Source: Eledone cirrhosa (Eukaryota). Taken from it: 64,000 bases of DNA. Below, in pieces: positions 10,427-21,673 of the stretch (positions are counted from its first letter, which is position 1; every line of letters begins with the position of its first letter). The notes under the pieces were generated by a model. That model did not search any database, was not told where the DNA came from, and saw nothing but the letters and a program-made list of their open reading frames with translations. The position numbers and the translations under genes were made by a program. The DNA lies in contig OZ024751.1 of NCBI GenBank assembly GCA_964016885.1, forward strand, positions 16,058,001 to 16,122,000. Direction: 5' to 3'.

Positions 10427-12520
10427 ATGGCTACCAAAAAAAAAAAATTTCATACGTCACTCCCACTCATTCCGTCTTCTTCTTCCTCAATCATCACTAC
10501 AGGAGAGAGAAGATTGTCTCTCTCCCTCCCTTCTTTAAATGTGTCTCTCTCCCTACCTTCTCTTTCGCAAGCGACGAAAGAAAAGAAAAGTCTCGTGCAA
10601 AGCGTGCAAGGTTTCTCCACGACGACGACGACAGCGACGAAACAGGTGTGCGGGAAATACGAAAACCCAGTTCATTCGTCTGACGTCAGGAATAATAGCA
10701 GTAGCAGCCGTAATAACAACAGCAACAGTGACAATGAAAACAACAGTAGCAGCCGCAACAGCATCACCAGCAGCATAAACAACAACAGCATTAGCAGCAG
10801 CAACACCAACAACAACCACAGCAACAGCGGCGGAGGCAGTAGTCGTAGTACCTGCAGCAACAACAAAAGTACCAGCAGCTCTGACGACAACAACAACAGC
10901 AGAGAAAAACCAATCTCATTTGCAGGTATTGCGAAAAACCTGGAAACAATCCTCATAACAAATGAGGAATTAGAGGAAGCGAAGAAGATGGTGACAAAGA
11001 ACGGACACCGAGCAATCTGCAAGGCAGCGAAAAATTTTTTCGAAACCCAAGAGCACTGTACGGTCACGTACCGTACAGTAAGTACAAAATCCCGTAGGGT
11101 GGAAAGAGCCACAGAGGCCCAAATACAAAAAGCCTTGGGGTCTGTGTGGCAGAGGAAAACGCACATCACCCGAGGCAAAAAATACGCCACCGTAGACGTA
11201 CTTTTTGCCACACCCCAGGAGGCAAAGGCCCAATCAGTAGTGACCCTAAGGAGCGAGGAAATGGTGTTGGTGCCCTCCTACTGCGGGCAAAAAATTGTGA
11301 GGGTCAAACTGACCCACGTCCCCCCCGGAATGACCCCTTCTTGGCTGGCCGCGTCTGTCCTCGTCGGAATCGAGGACAAAACAACTGTACTGCAAGTACA
11401 GAAAAAAGTAAGAGAAGATTGGGTCGGCTCCTCCATTGAGATGCTAATCCAAACCAACCAGGAGTGCATCGAAGCTATCCCGGATGTGATAGACTTCGAT
11501 AACGGCACTCAACTGCCCATAAGTGTTGAGGGCAAACGCCCGAAATGCTTTCGCTGTGGATCGAAGACTCACCTCAGGGCCTTCTGCAACGAGAAGACCC
11601 TGAGAAAGGAGAAAACCCCCCTCCTCCCGAATCCGGTTCCACGGCTACCAGCAACAGGACAAGCGGCAACCAGGAACGATAGGTCCGTGGCACCCATACC
11701 CACTCCACGGAAATCAAAGACAGCAGCAGCAGTGGAAATATTAACAACAACAACAGCAATACCAAATGCAGCTGCAACAGAGACTCCAGTGCAAACATCA
11801 CCAACAACAACAAGTGAAAGAGTGGAGCTGGTACCCCTCCCCGACCTTACAGAATCAGACATGGAGTGTGAGGTGGGAGAGGGATGGCAAAAGGTCTCAA
11901 GAAGGCACAAACGCAGAAGCAGCGCATCGTCGCCTTTGAAAAGGGAGGAAAGAAATGAGAAAAGGGTAAAGTCTACTGCAAAGAGACCCACAGCAGCAAC
12001 ACCACCAACACCATCACCACCCACACCAGCACCACCATCACCACCGGCGACAACCCCACCGCCAACAACACCTTCAACACCACAAGCACCAACATCGCAA
12101 ACACAACAACAAAACACACACACCCAGCAACAACGACAAGAAAATAGCAGAACCACACCCCACCCCCAGAAAAACAAATGCACGGCAATAAACACACACA
12201 ACAAGAAACTAATGACTTACATAATTGAACACACAGACATTTCACAACAGGACTACATAATACCAGCACCAATCAAAACGCCAACTAACATAAGACTGCT
12301 AAAAATAGCACAGAAACAATACACAAACATTAAAACGAAATTCCCCAACGCAGTTGGTGATTTCAGGGACCTAGGAGGAACCATTAATCGAAGAGTATAT
12401 TCAGACATTCTCTTAGAAGAGCCGACGACCAGCCGAAGGGACGATTCAACGGTCCCTTCACCAGACGATCAAGTGAAAAGGGATGTAAAAACCATCCCTC
12501 CTCTACCAAAAATACGGTAA
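10427..12520 (+). CDS. LINE ORF1 zinc-knuckle protein, 697 aa from the first ATG
   Basis: MATKKKKFHTS... open to stop at 12520; CFRCGSKTHLRAFC knuckle. Confidence 0.88.
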   Translation: MATKKKKFHTSLPLIPSSSSSIITTGERRLSLSLPSLNVSLSLPSLSQATKEKKSLVQSVQGFSTTTTTATKQVCGKYENPVHSSDVRNNSSSSRNNNSNSDNENNSSSRNSITSSINNNSISSSNTNNNHSNSGGGSSRSTCSNNKSTSSSDDNNNSREKPISFAGIAKNLETILITNEELEEAKKMVTKNGHRAICKAAKNFFETQEHCTVTYRTVSTKSRRVERATEAQIQKALGSVWQRKTHITRGKKYATVDVLFATPQEAKAQSVVTLRSEEMVLVPSYCGQKIVRVKLTHVPPGMTPSWLAASVLVGIEDKTTVLQVQKKVREDWVGSSIEMLIQTNQECIEAIPDVIDFDNGTQLPISVEGKRPKCFRCGSKTHLRAFCNEKTLRKEKTPLLPNPVPRLPATGQAATRNDRSVAPIPTPRKSKTAAAVEILTTTTAIPNAAATETPVQTSPTTTSERVELVPLPDLTESDMECEVGEGWQKVSRRHKRRSSASSPLKREERNEKRVKSTAKRPTAATPPTPSPPTPAPPSPPATTPPPTTPSTPQAPTSQTQQQNTHTQQQRQENSRTTPHPQKNKCTAINTHNKKLMTYIIEHTDISQQDYIIPAPIKTPTNIRLLKIAQKQYTNIKTKFPNAVGDFRDLGGTINRRVYSDILLEEPTTSRRDDSTVPSPDDQVKRDVKTIPPLPKIR

Positions 12521-12555
12521 GTGGTCTTTCCCATCTTTTCCACTCTATTTTAAAC

Positions 12556-15500
12556 ATGACCTCACTCAGAATAGGCAGCATAAATGCGCGTGGCTTGGGG
12601 TCGTCATGGAAGCAGGGTCACCTGCTCAACGACCTCAGGTCACTAAACATAGATGTAGTGGCCATCAGCGAGACCAGAATCTCCGAAGCACGGGCCTTCG
12701 CACCGATCTTCGGCGGCTACGATGTGTACGCATCTCCCAGCCGTCCTGGATCGGGTGGAGGAGTTGCTGTGCTTTTTCGGAGAGGTTTGGATCTCGCCAT
12801 ACGGGCCATCTTCCTGGACCCAGAGGGTAAGCTGGTGGTGCTGGACGTGACCAGCGGAGACGGGCAAGCTTTCAGGCTAGTGGCCGTCTATGCCCCGACA
12901 GGAGCAGGGCGGCCTGATTTCTTCCGGCGTCTGGAGACCTTTCTTGGAACGTCGCGCTCTTTAGTGTTAGTGGGCGACTGGAACGGGATCTTAGATGCAC
13001 GCTGGGACTGTGTGGGATTAGCGGATAGGGGTGGAGGGTGCAAGAGCCTCACCAACCTGCTCAGGCGTTTTGAACTGTCTGACAGGTACCGATTGGATTT
13101 CCCGAATGTGCCAATGTGGACTTGGACAAACCGCATAGGGTCATCCAGATCATATCTAGATAGAGTATTTTGTAGGGAAATAGATAGGTCTAGCATAGGC
13201 TGTCCACAATTCAAGATAGTCAGCTACACGGACCACAAATTCGTGATCTGTGTGCTTGACTTAGATAGGCTTCATAGACGAGGACCCGGCTACTGGAAGC
13301 TAAACGCGTCCTTACCAGCGCGCAAGGCCTACAGAGACCGGATTAGCGAACTAGTTAAGCGGGCGTTGACGGGGGCCATCGTCAACAACAAGTGGTGGTT
13401 TGCTCTGAAAAGAGCGATTAGAATAGAATCGATTAGGTTTAGTAAGGCTTTAGCAATAGAGAAAAATAGAGCAGAGGGAGAACTAGTTAGAAAATTAGAC
13501 GAGGCGCTTAGCAAAGGCATTGCGACCGACGTGCTTGCGGCGAAATTGGCCCTTGACCAATTCTTCAATGCAAAGCACGAAGGCTGCGTTGTCAGAGCTA
13601 GGGTGCGTGCTCTCAGACACGAGGGGACGAAAGCCGTTCAATGGGCCCGAGTGGCGGAGGCGCGTCGTGGCAACAAAGCCACGATCCGGTCTTTGGTGGA
13701 CCACGACGGGCGCATGCTACTCGATCCCGGGCAAATGTGTGAAGCTTTTCAGCGACACTTCGCTCAGCTGTTCGGGGGCAGCGGGGGGCCGGGTAGAGGG
13801 ATGGACTTTAGTGTCTACCTCGACGGACTGCCGCGGCTCTCGGCCACTGAGGCGAAGTGTTGCGAAAAGCCGATAACAGCCGCTGAAGTAAGGGAGGCAA
13901 TGACTGGCTGCACAAGGGGTAAATCGCCTGGTTTGGATGGTCTGCCCTATGAACTTTACGTACAGATGCCAGACTTGTTCGGAGGCCTCTTGGCGGACGT
14001 CTACTGCAACTGGCAACAGAACGGGAGAATTCCCAGTTCTGTGAGCCGAGGAGCGGTGGCACTGCTGAGAAAGGATCCGAACAAGGGGGATAACATAGAC
14101 AATTTCCGGCCCATAACTCTGCTAAACACAGAGTTTAAGATTTTGGCCAAGGTGCTAGCAAAGAGGTTGGCGCTTGTCGTTGGTGGTCTGGTGGGAGAGG
14201 CGCAGACATGCGCCATTCCCGACAGATCCATCCACGACAACCTCCACCTCATGCGATACATCGTAGAGAGGGTAGCTAGGGAACCTGGCACGGGTGGGTC
14301 CTTGATCAATTTAGATCAGTCGAAAGCTTTCGATAGGGTCGACCATCGTTACCTAGCGGCAGTCCTGAGGGCGGCTGGCTTTGGGCCCGTCTTCAGAGGC
14401 TGGATCGCTGCCATGCACAGCGACATCTGCTCTGTGGTGAGAGTGAACGGTCACCTGTCGGAACCGTTCAACATCATGCGCTCGGTCCGCCAAGGATGTC
14501 CCCTCTCGTCCCTCTTGTACGTATTGACTCTCGAGCCATTACTGCACAAACTGGAGACGTTGAGGGGAGTCCCGCGCGAACTAGGATGCGGAAGATCCGT
14601 GTCAGCATATGCGGACGATGTCACCGTAGTGGTGTCGAACGCCAAACACATCGAGGCGATCGGCACTACACTAAGAGAATACGAAGCGGTGACAGGAGCA
14701 ATGATCAACCAGGAAAAGTCAGTGGGCCTGCAGCTCGGCACCTGGAGAGGCAGGTCCATGCCGTCCAACAGCGTCGTCGGGCGCTGGACGGACGGACCGG
14801 TTAAATTGCTAGGGGTCTGGTTCGGTCCGGACCTCCAGACGGACAAAAACTGGGACGAGGTGACGAGCAGGGTGGCTTCTCTCACCCAGAAATGGGCGGA
14901 GAGGAAGCTATCCCTGAAAGGTCGAGCGGAGGTGGCTAACGCGTACATCGCGTCTGTCATCTGCTACCGCCTAACCGTCGTACCTTGTCCTAAGCCTCGC
15001 CTGACTGCGCTGGAGCGTTTGCTCTTTCGCTTTTTGTGGAAGGGACGTGCTCCGATGGTCAGGCGGTCCATCTGTTGTCAACACCCGCTACGTGGAGGGC
15101 TGGGCATGCCGTGGCTGATGATGCGCAGGCACGCGCTCAGGCTACGACATCTCCACCTCTTCCTCGACGGTGATCAGGTGTGGTCGCCGTTTGCTAGACG
15201 CGTTTTTCCCCAGCTCGTTTCCTTGACGGAGCTGCAGTCCTGGGTCAAGCGAAGACCGAGAGGGAGCGCCTGGAGACTGGAATGTCTTCAGGCGCTCACA
15301 GCCCTCGACCAATCGGGCAATGTGATCGGTGGAAACTCCACCTCGGCGTTCTATAGAGGATTAGTGGAGGGGAAGAGCGACGACGTACTTGGGGAAACTC
15401 TAGGCGTCGACGAAAATCAACTAGCCAATCTCTTCGGAAGAACCTTCGGGCCAGGGCCTATGGACAACTTCCAGAAATCTCTGGCCTGGCAGTGCTACCG

Positions 15501-15975
15501 AGGAGCCTTGCCAGTTCGGGATAAACTCTACAGGCATGGAGGTGCCGTCAGCCGGGCATGTCCGAGATGCGCGCAGGGCGACGAAACCGTCCTGCACGCA
15601 CTCGTCCAGTGTCCGAAAATTGCTGACTTGTGGGTTTATGTCGAACACCTGCTGTCGCGTTTAGGACGGATCCAGCTATCATCTGAGTCTATCGTGAGGA
15701 TTGCCCCGCCCTCCTCCTTTAGCCGGGAAGGGCAGGCAGTTTTTATCTGTCTGGTGGCCATGGCGAAAGAGATAGTATGGTGGACACGTTTGAAAGGGCT
15801 GAAGACGAGCACTTACCTCTTCGGTGATGCTCTGATTGACTTTTTCAAATTTCATTTGAAAAGGAAAATCAGAGTAGAGAAGGAAGTGCTCTCTTCCCAG
15901 CATTTTGTTGAAAGATGGGTGAGAGAAGCAAGAATGGCCCGAGTGAATGGGCCGACTCTGAGTATATATCTGTAA
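12556..15975 (+). CDS. LINE ORF2 (APE-RT-CCHC), 1139 aa
   Basis: Protein appears identical to that of 6128-9547. Confidence 0.97.
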   Translation: MTSLRIGSINARGLGSSWKQGHLLNDLRSLNIDVVAISETRISEARAFAPIFGGYDVYASPSRPGSGGGVAVLFRRGLDLAIRAIFLDPEGKLVVLDVTSGDGQAFRLVAVYAPTGAGRPDFFRRLETFLGTSRSLVLVGDWNGILDARWDCVGLADRGGGCKSLTNLLRRFELSDRYRLDFPNVPMWTWTNRIGSSRSYLDRVFCREIDRSSIGCPQFKIVSYTDHKFVICVLDLDRLHRRGPGYWKLNASLPARKAYRDRISELVKRALTGAIVNNKWWFALKRAIRIESIRFSKALAIEKNRAEGELVRKLDEALSKGIATDVLAAKLALDQFFNAKHEGCVVRARVRALRHEGTKAVQWARVAEARRGNKATIRSLVDHDGRMLLDPGQMCEAFQRHFAQLFGGSGGPGRGMDFSVYLDGLPRLSATEAKCCEKPITAAEVREAMTGCTRGKSPGLDGLPYELYVQMPDLFGGLLADVYCNWQQNGRIPSSVSRGAVALLRKDPNKGDNIDNFRPITLLNTEFKILAKVLAKRLALVVGGLVGEAQTCAIPDRSIHDNLHLMRYIVERVAREPGTGGSLINLDQSKAFDRVDHRYLAAVLRAAGFGPVFRGWIAAMHSDICSVVRVNGHLSEPFNIMRSVRQGCPLSSLLYVLTLEPLLHKLETLRGVPRELGCGRSVSAYADDVTVVVSNAKHIEAIGTTLREYEAVTGAMINQEKSVGLQLGTWRGRSMPSNSVVGRWTDGPVKLLGVWFGPDLQTDKNWDEVTSRVASLTQKWAERKLSLKGRAEVANAYIASVICYRLTVVPCPKPRLTALERLLFRFLWKGRAPMVRRSICCQHPLRGGLGMPWLMMRRHALRLRHLHLFLDGDQVWSPFARRVFPQLVSLTELQSWVKRRPRGSAWRLECLQALTALDQSGNVIGGNSTSAFYRGLVEGKSDDVLGETLGVDENQLANLFGRTFGPGPMDNFQKSLAWQCYRGALPVRDKLYRHGGAVSRACPRCAQGDETVLHALVQCPKIADLWVYVEHLLSRLGRIQLSSESIVRIAPPSSFSREGQAVFICLVAMAKEIVWWTRLKGLKTSTYLFGDALIDFFKFHLKRKIRVEKEVLSSQHFVERWVREARMARVNGPTLSIYL

Positions 15976-16965
15976 ACTAAAGGTGGAAAACTGGGAGAGG
16001 GCACTTGCCTTGGTGGTCAGGGTCATTGTGGCTTTTTACTGGGCTTTCTCCACAAATGTCCCTCCGAAGTCTCCCCCCTATTGGGGAATTTTTCATTGTT
16101 ATTTTCATTGTTATTTTTGTTACATCCTCTATTTTTGTTTTTTTTACACGCAGAAATGCCCATTTGTACCGTCCTGCATTGTCCTGCACTGTCCTTAATG
16201 TCTACTTTATGTAAACCCTTGTGGTTAATAAAGAAATCATTATTATTATTATTATTTATTATTATTATTATTATTATTAATCTTTACTCCAAAACAAAAG
16301 TGGCATTTTTCATCAATTTTGTTGGACTATTTAGACCTGAATGGTCGATGACCTGAATTCTCTATAGGAATAATTACATAACGTTAGATTGCATAGAGAA
16401 CTAAAACAATATTCATACTTGTTTCTCACCGAATATTGAATGTTTTAATCACGAAATCTTGCTAAAGATTTGACATGAAATAACAAACAAAAATAATTTT
16501 TTTCATAATGTCTTCAGAACCTATAAATAGGCTTCATATGAAACCAATCTTTTGGGATAGAATACCCACAGTGCAAGCTTTAAATCAAATACATTTTTTT
16601 TTTAGTTTTAACATTGACGTCTTTCCAATTAATTAACTGATAAATAACATTCGTTTTCTAAATACTTCCTGGATCTTGGTACTCTCAGTTCCATCCAGCT
16701 TCAATGTTTACTATTCGGCGGACCTCAGTCGGTGTCGACGATGGAGGTTCCTGTTGTATGATCAACGTTACAACCTCCATATGAAATTAACATGCAACTG
16801 GTTGAGCATTCTACAAACCTATATACCCTTAACGTATTTCCCAGGGATTCAAAGTTACGCATTCCATGACAAGGCTCGTCCTTCCAATCACAACTAAAAC
16901 TATTTCGTTTTTGAGTGAACTGGAGCGATGTGAAATAGAGTGTGTTATTTAAACATTCATTCAGA

Positions 16966-17150
16966 GGGCGGTGGATTGGCAGTATCGGTAGAGGGTCAGA
17001 CACCATGCTTACCAGCATAGTTACGTCCCTTTACGATCTGAGTTCAAATCCCGCCGAGGTTGACTTCGCCTTTCATCCTTACGGGGTCGATAAAATAAAG
17101 TACCAGTAATGCACTGGGTAATTGCTGGCCTTGTGCCTAAAGTAGAATAA
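16966..17150 (+). mobile_element. tRNA-derived SINE copy
   Basis: A/B boxes and Deu/Nin-like core as in the other copies. Confidence 0.85.
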
Positions 17151-17231
17151 TGGAACAAAATTTAATAATCTATAAGAAGATGTAAAAACATCAAGTATAT
17201 ACTCCTAGAGCTTATAAAAATCAAGTATATA

Positions 17232-17380
17232 CTCCTAGAAGCGGAAAAATGTTGACAGCGGCCGCTACAAAGAATCTAACCATTGAGCTAAGAGTCTCTT
17301 AGCTCAATGGTTAGAACACCTAGTCGGTATCAGGCAGATATTTCGCAGCGACCGCTGTCAACATTTTCCCGTCTCCAGGG
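17232..17380. repeat. Nested inverted repeat containing a palindrome of a tRNA-like 5' end
   Basis: Outer arms AAAATGTTGACAGCGG(C/T)CGCT; inner TCTAACCATTGAGCTAAGAG-T-CTCTTAGCTCAATGGTTAGA. Confidence 0.8.
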
Positions 17381-18270
17381 GTCTTTATTCGTTTTTTATT
17401 AGTTATTGTTTAGCAACAGACTGTAATTGCTGTTATTTTCTGTGTCTGAGCTTCCCACATCTTCAGAAAGTTTTTCCATTTTGTACTGTATTAAGATACA
17501 TTATTTTAATTACTGAGCTTCAAAACCACATTTGTCGACTTTCTAATAGGTACCAGTTATATACTGAATTGTGTCCATCGAATATTCTTCCCCACCACCA
17601 CCGCTAAACAGATACGATCTTATACTATTCTTATCATTAGTCATTAGAATCAAATGTATTAGTTGTATACGGTAAAACCATACATCATGGCAGCCATATG
17701 CGTGACTCTATTGTCATAAACATATTTCCATTTTGTCTCATACCTTTAGGATATGGCGTAATATCAAATAGTCTGCTTTTATCTCACTAATATCGTGACT
17801 GAAAAATGATGCATTTATTCCAATATTTCGCTGACTAAGTTACATGTCAGATCTGAAAAAAGTTAGGTGTATTATCACCCGGCACTTTCTTGTGATTTTA
17901 TACCTTTGCATTTGGCCTTAGTTTTTCTTATCGAACTCTGAATGAAACGTTGGTATATATGAATTCCATCTAGTTATTCTTTGACGGTTTTGAAGAATCT
18001 AGCAAAAAAATCTCGCAACAAAAAGGCAATAGCAACTGCTAGGTAAAATTAACGTACAAGTGACTGAGCATTCCACAAACATTTGTACTTTGAACGTAGT
18101 TCTCAGGGAGATTCTACATGGCACAGGCTGTGAAAAAAACTGGCTGTTTTGAATTACTGGTGCAACTCATGTATGTATGTATGTAATGTATGTATGTATG
18201 TATGTATGTATGTATGTATGTATGTATGTATGTATGTATGTATGTATGTATGTATGTATGTATGTATGTA

Positions 18271-18770
18271 GAGGGTGACTTTGGACATCCTGCAGGACTA
18301 AAACAAAACCTGTCAAAGGGCAAAGGAGCTCTTAAGAGTCAATGGCCATCCAAAATAACCGGGAGAGATGACCCCTTAGCCTTTGTCAAGGCAGAATTCT
18401 AGGAGAAGGAAAACTCTGATATAACCCCGGCAACTCTGATGGTATCCAATGATGTTGACTTGTTCTTCTTTTTGGTAAATATCATCTTGGTTAAGAGAGT
18501 GGGACTGGCTTTGTGCAGTGCCTTTGCTCACTATAAAAGCTTCATGGCACAGGCATTGCTTTATATCTGGAGATCTCTCTGCACTTGTCGTTACATGGTA
18601 CCTTGGGCCCAGCACTATGTGTCAATAATTGTCACAAGTGTAGTGTTTGTACCAGAGTTTTCAAGTCGCTGGCTGGACTAAAAAGTCACACTCGTTCAGC
18701 GCATCGGTAGGGGTTCTCCTACATGGATATAAAGTAGTGGCCGTACTCGAAAACGAGTTGGCAGCCACCA
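18271..18770 (+). mobile_element. Bipartite non-autonomous RTE-derived element, 5'-truncated copy, (TATG)n tail
   Basis: CTAGGAGAAGGAAAACTCTGAT motif typical of RTE 5'UTRs; 3' part encodes CSVCTRVFKSLAGLKSHTRSAHR* (RTE C-terminal C2H2 finger). Confidence 0.75.
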
Positions 18771-18820
18771 TGTATGTATGTATGTATGTATGTATGTATG
18801 TATGTATGTATGTATGTATG

Positions 18821-19721
18821 TTTTCTCTTTCTCTTAATTTCGAGTATATTTTTTTGACCGGCCACCTTCCTGGTGGCAAGGTTGTAAAAGAAAAGAAATT
18901 GTCATCCCTTGAATCGCAAGAATGTTTTGCATATTTTGAAGGTGCCAGCTATCGCAGCCATTTGTAGACTATGAATTAGGGAGCTGCGCTTTTTGTCCGC
19001 AAATCCAAGTTCGGTCATACTTTGGTCCAAGCGGGTTGGTATATAGCCCGTAGCACCAATAATGATGGGTATGAAGCTAAAGGTGTATCTTGGATACTGG
19101 ATTTGTAAGCTCCTCATCAATGGTCCGAAGATGTCCTCCTTCTCCTGTATTTTTCTGACAACGTTTACATCAAGTGGGCAGCTGATCTCCACAACAGAGC
19201 ACGTTTTCAATGTGTGGTCCCAAACTACAATATCAGGCCGGTTGTGCTTTAATTTGGTGGCAGTTTTTATTTTCAGGTTACACCAGTATTCCTTAGTGTC
19301 ATCTGTCTCAATATATTCTTCCTCGTTTGTTGTTAATTTTGTTTTCCGAAGTGCGTTCCAGATAGTTCTAGCTATCCCATCGTGTCTCATGGGGAGGTAG
19401 TAGCGAGATGACATTCTTTCGCAGCTGGCAACAATGTGGCTTACATCCTCGATCTTTGTTTTACATAGCCTACATTTATTGTCAGCTGCTGGCCCTCCTC
19501 TTTTGTGCAGCAGATATTTGGTAGGGAGTTCTTGTTCCTGTATTGCATAGAGATATCCCTCAAGGTGTGATGTCATAAACTTGTCGGAACTCCATGCCAG
19601 GCTTTTTGAGTGGTTTATCCCCTCTATGGTCTGTGTTTTACGCCTCAAGTATCCATGCACAACTTTCTCTGTAAATTGGTCAATTTTTTTTTCTTGTTTG
19701 AACATTGAATAGGATCTTCCT
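18821..19721 (-). mobile_element. 5'-truncated R4/Dong-type RLE non-LTR retrotransposon
   Basis: ORF to 18902: CRLCKTKIEDVSHIVASC knuckle, RHD, HNRPDIVVWD...VEISCP...K..EK restriction-like endonuclease motifs; 3' end abuts (CATA)n in element sense. Confidence 0.9.
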
Positions 19722-19734
19722 ATACATACATACA

Positions 19735-19767
<33 letters not shown>

Positions 19768-19804
19768 GTATGTATGTATGTATGTATGTATATATGTATG
19801 TATG

Positions 19805-19838
<34 letters not shown>

Positions 19839-19844
19839 TGTATG

Positions 19845-20270
19845 TTCTTCTGGTTTTATAATTTCACAAAGTTTTACCAATAGAGAGACAGTCGGTTTCT
19901 AACATAGACACAAGACTCTCTCATTGGAATTTACACAACTTCAACTAGGTAGATATGTATGTATGCATGCATGTGTAGATATGGATGTTATTGTATGTGT
20001 GGATGTGGATGTTTTGAGTTGTATGTGTGCATGTGTATATACTTTGTATCTGTACATGTGTATTTGCAGTTATTAGATGCAACATTTTTGGAATGTTTTA
20101 CATATTTTTACTGTTCCATTAATGGATTGTACTTGTAATTTCCTAACTAGTTGTGTTCTTTCTGTTCCTGTGAAGCCTAGCTTCTCAGGATTTGTATTGA
20201 GGCAGTTACTAACATATCCCAGTGCCCCAATAATCACAGGCATAAATTTGAAGGTGTAATCAGAGTGGAG
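19845..20270 (-). mobile_element. R4/Dong-type 3' fragment (second family)
   Basis: FMPVIIGALGYV...GTVKICKTFQ* plus 3'UTR shared with 21060-21590; (TATG)n both sides. Confidence 0.85.
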
Positions 20271-20366
20271 TATGTATGTATGTATGTATGTATGTATGTA
20301 TGTATGTATGTATGTATGTATGTATGTATGTATGTATGTATGTATGTATGTATGTATGTATGTATG

Positions 20367-20993
20367 TCTTATTACTCTCAAGTGCTACTGGTAACATATA
20401 ACTCAGTACAACCTGTCGCATGGTCGGGTCGTGGGCGACTAAACCGGCAACGCACCAAGTTTAGTTGGTGAGGAGGGTGATTTTGGACACCCTGCAGGAC
20501 AAAAACCAAACCTGACACGGAAGATCTCATAAGAGTCAACGGGCATCCTAAAATGTGTAAATATGTATATACATGTATCCATGTGTGTATATGTATATAT
20601 ATGTATATATGTATATACATATATGAATGTGTATATATAAATACATATATGAATGTGTATGCATATACACGCGGACATAGAAATAATCGGGCTGGATACC
20701 CGATCGCGTGGTTAAACACTGGGAGTGAAGGACCCCTAGCCTTTGTCAGGGCATTCTTCTAGGAGAAGGCAACTCAGGAAACTGAGATAACTCCGATATA
20801 AAACCTGCGGCTCAGTAGTCACCGATGATGTTGATCTTTTCTTCCTTTCGTGTTATAGCTACTGTCGCTCAGAGAGTGGGATTGGCTCAGTGCACAGTAT
20901 TTCCTCATTATAAATGATAGAATTAATTAATAATTATTAATAATGGTATATAGTGCAATGGCCATGCTCGATAACGAGGGGGCAGCCATTATC
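20367..20993 (+). mobile_element. Diverged bipartite RTE-derived element
   Basis: Shares the 5' block (CAGTACAACCTGTCGCATGGTCGGGTCG...), CTAGGAGAAGG motif and CTCGATAACGAG...GGCAGCCA 3' end; interrupted by an AT/GT microsatellite. Confidence 0.7.
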
Positions 20994-21059
20994 ATGTATG
21001 TATTATGTATGTATGTATGTATGTATGTATGTATGTATGTATGTATGTATGTATGTACG

Positions 21060-21590
21060 TTCTTCTGGTTTTATAATTTCACAAAGTTTTACCAATAGAG
21101 AGAGAGTCGGTTTCTAACATAGACACAAGACTCTCTCATTGGAATTTACACAACATCAACTAGGTAGATATGTATGCATGCATGCATGTGTAGATATGGA
21201 TGTTATTGTATGTGTGGATGTGTATGTTTTGAGTTGTATGTGTGCATGTGTACATGCAGTTATTAGATGCCACACTTTTGGAATGTTTTACATATTTTTA
21301 CTGTTCCATTAATGGATTGTACTTGTAATTTCCTAACTAGTTGTGTCCTTTCTGTTCCTGTGAAGCCTAGCTTCTCAAGATTTGTATTGAGGCAGTTACT
21401 AACATACCCCAGTGCCCCAATAATCACAGGCATAAATCTGAAGGTGTAATCAGGGTGGAGTATCTGCAGATTTCTCATCAGTTCTGTATAAATATGCTCC
21501 TTTTCACTAATCTTTGATATTATATTGGCATCTGCTGGGCACCTAATTTCCACTACTGTGCATGTTTTCTTCTCCCTGTCCCATATCATA
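21060..21590 (-). mobile_element. R4/Dong-type 3' fragment (second family)
   Basis: MIWDREKKTCTVVEIRCPAD...PVIIGALG RLE motifs; (TATG)n both sides. Confidence 0.88.
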
Positions 21591-21673
21591 ATGTATGTAT
21601 GTATGTATGTATGTATGTATGTATGTATGTATGTATGTATGTATGTATGTATGTATGTATGTATGTATGTTAT

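Larger units (their letters stand above)
10214..16278 (+). mobile_element. Full-length L1/Tx1-clade non-LTR retrotransposon, copy 2
   Basis: Near-identical to copy 1; both ORFs open; ends in AATAAAGAAATC(ATT)n. Confidence 0.95.

Noticed and set aside
4111-15648. Many short overlapping and antisense ORFs inside the LINEs
   Set aside because: Shadow frames of GC-richer coding DNA; they are duplicated only because the element is duplicated.
16966-17060. SINE heads as tRNA genes
   Set aside because: A and B boxes are present but no complete cloverleaf; they continue into the SINE body.
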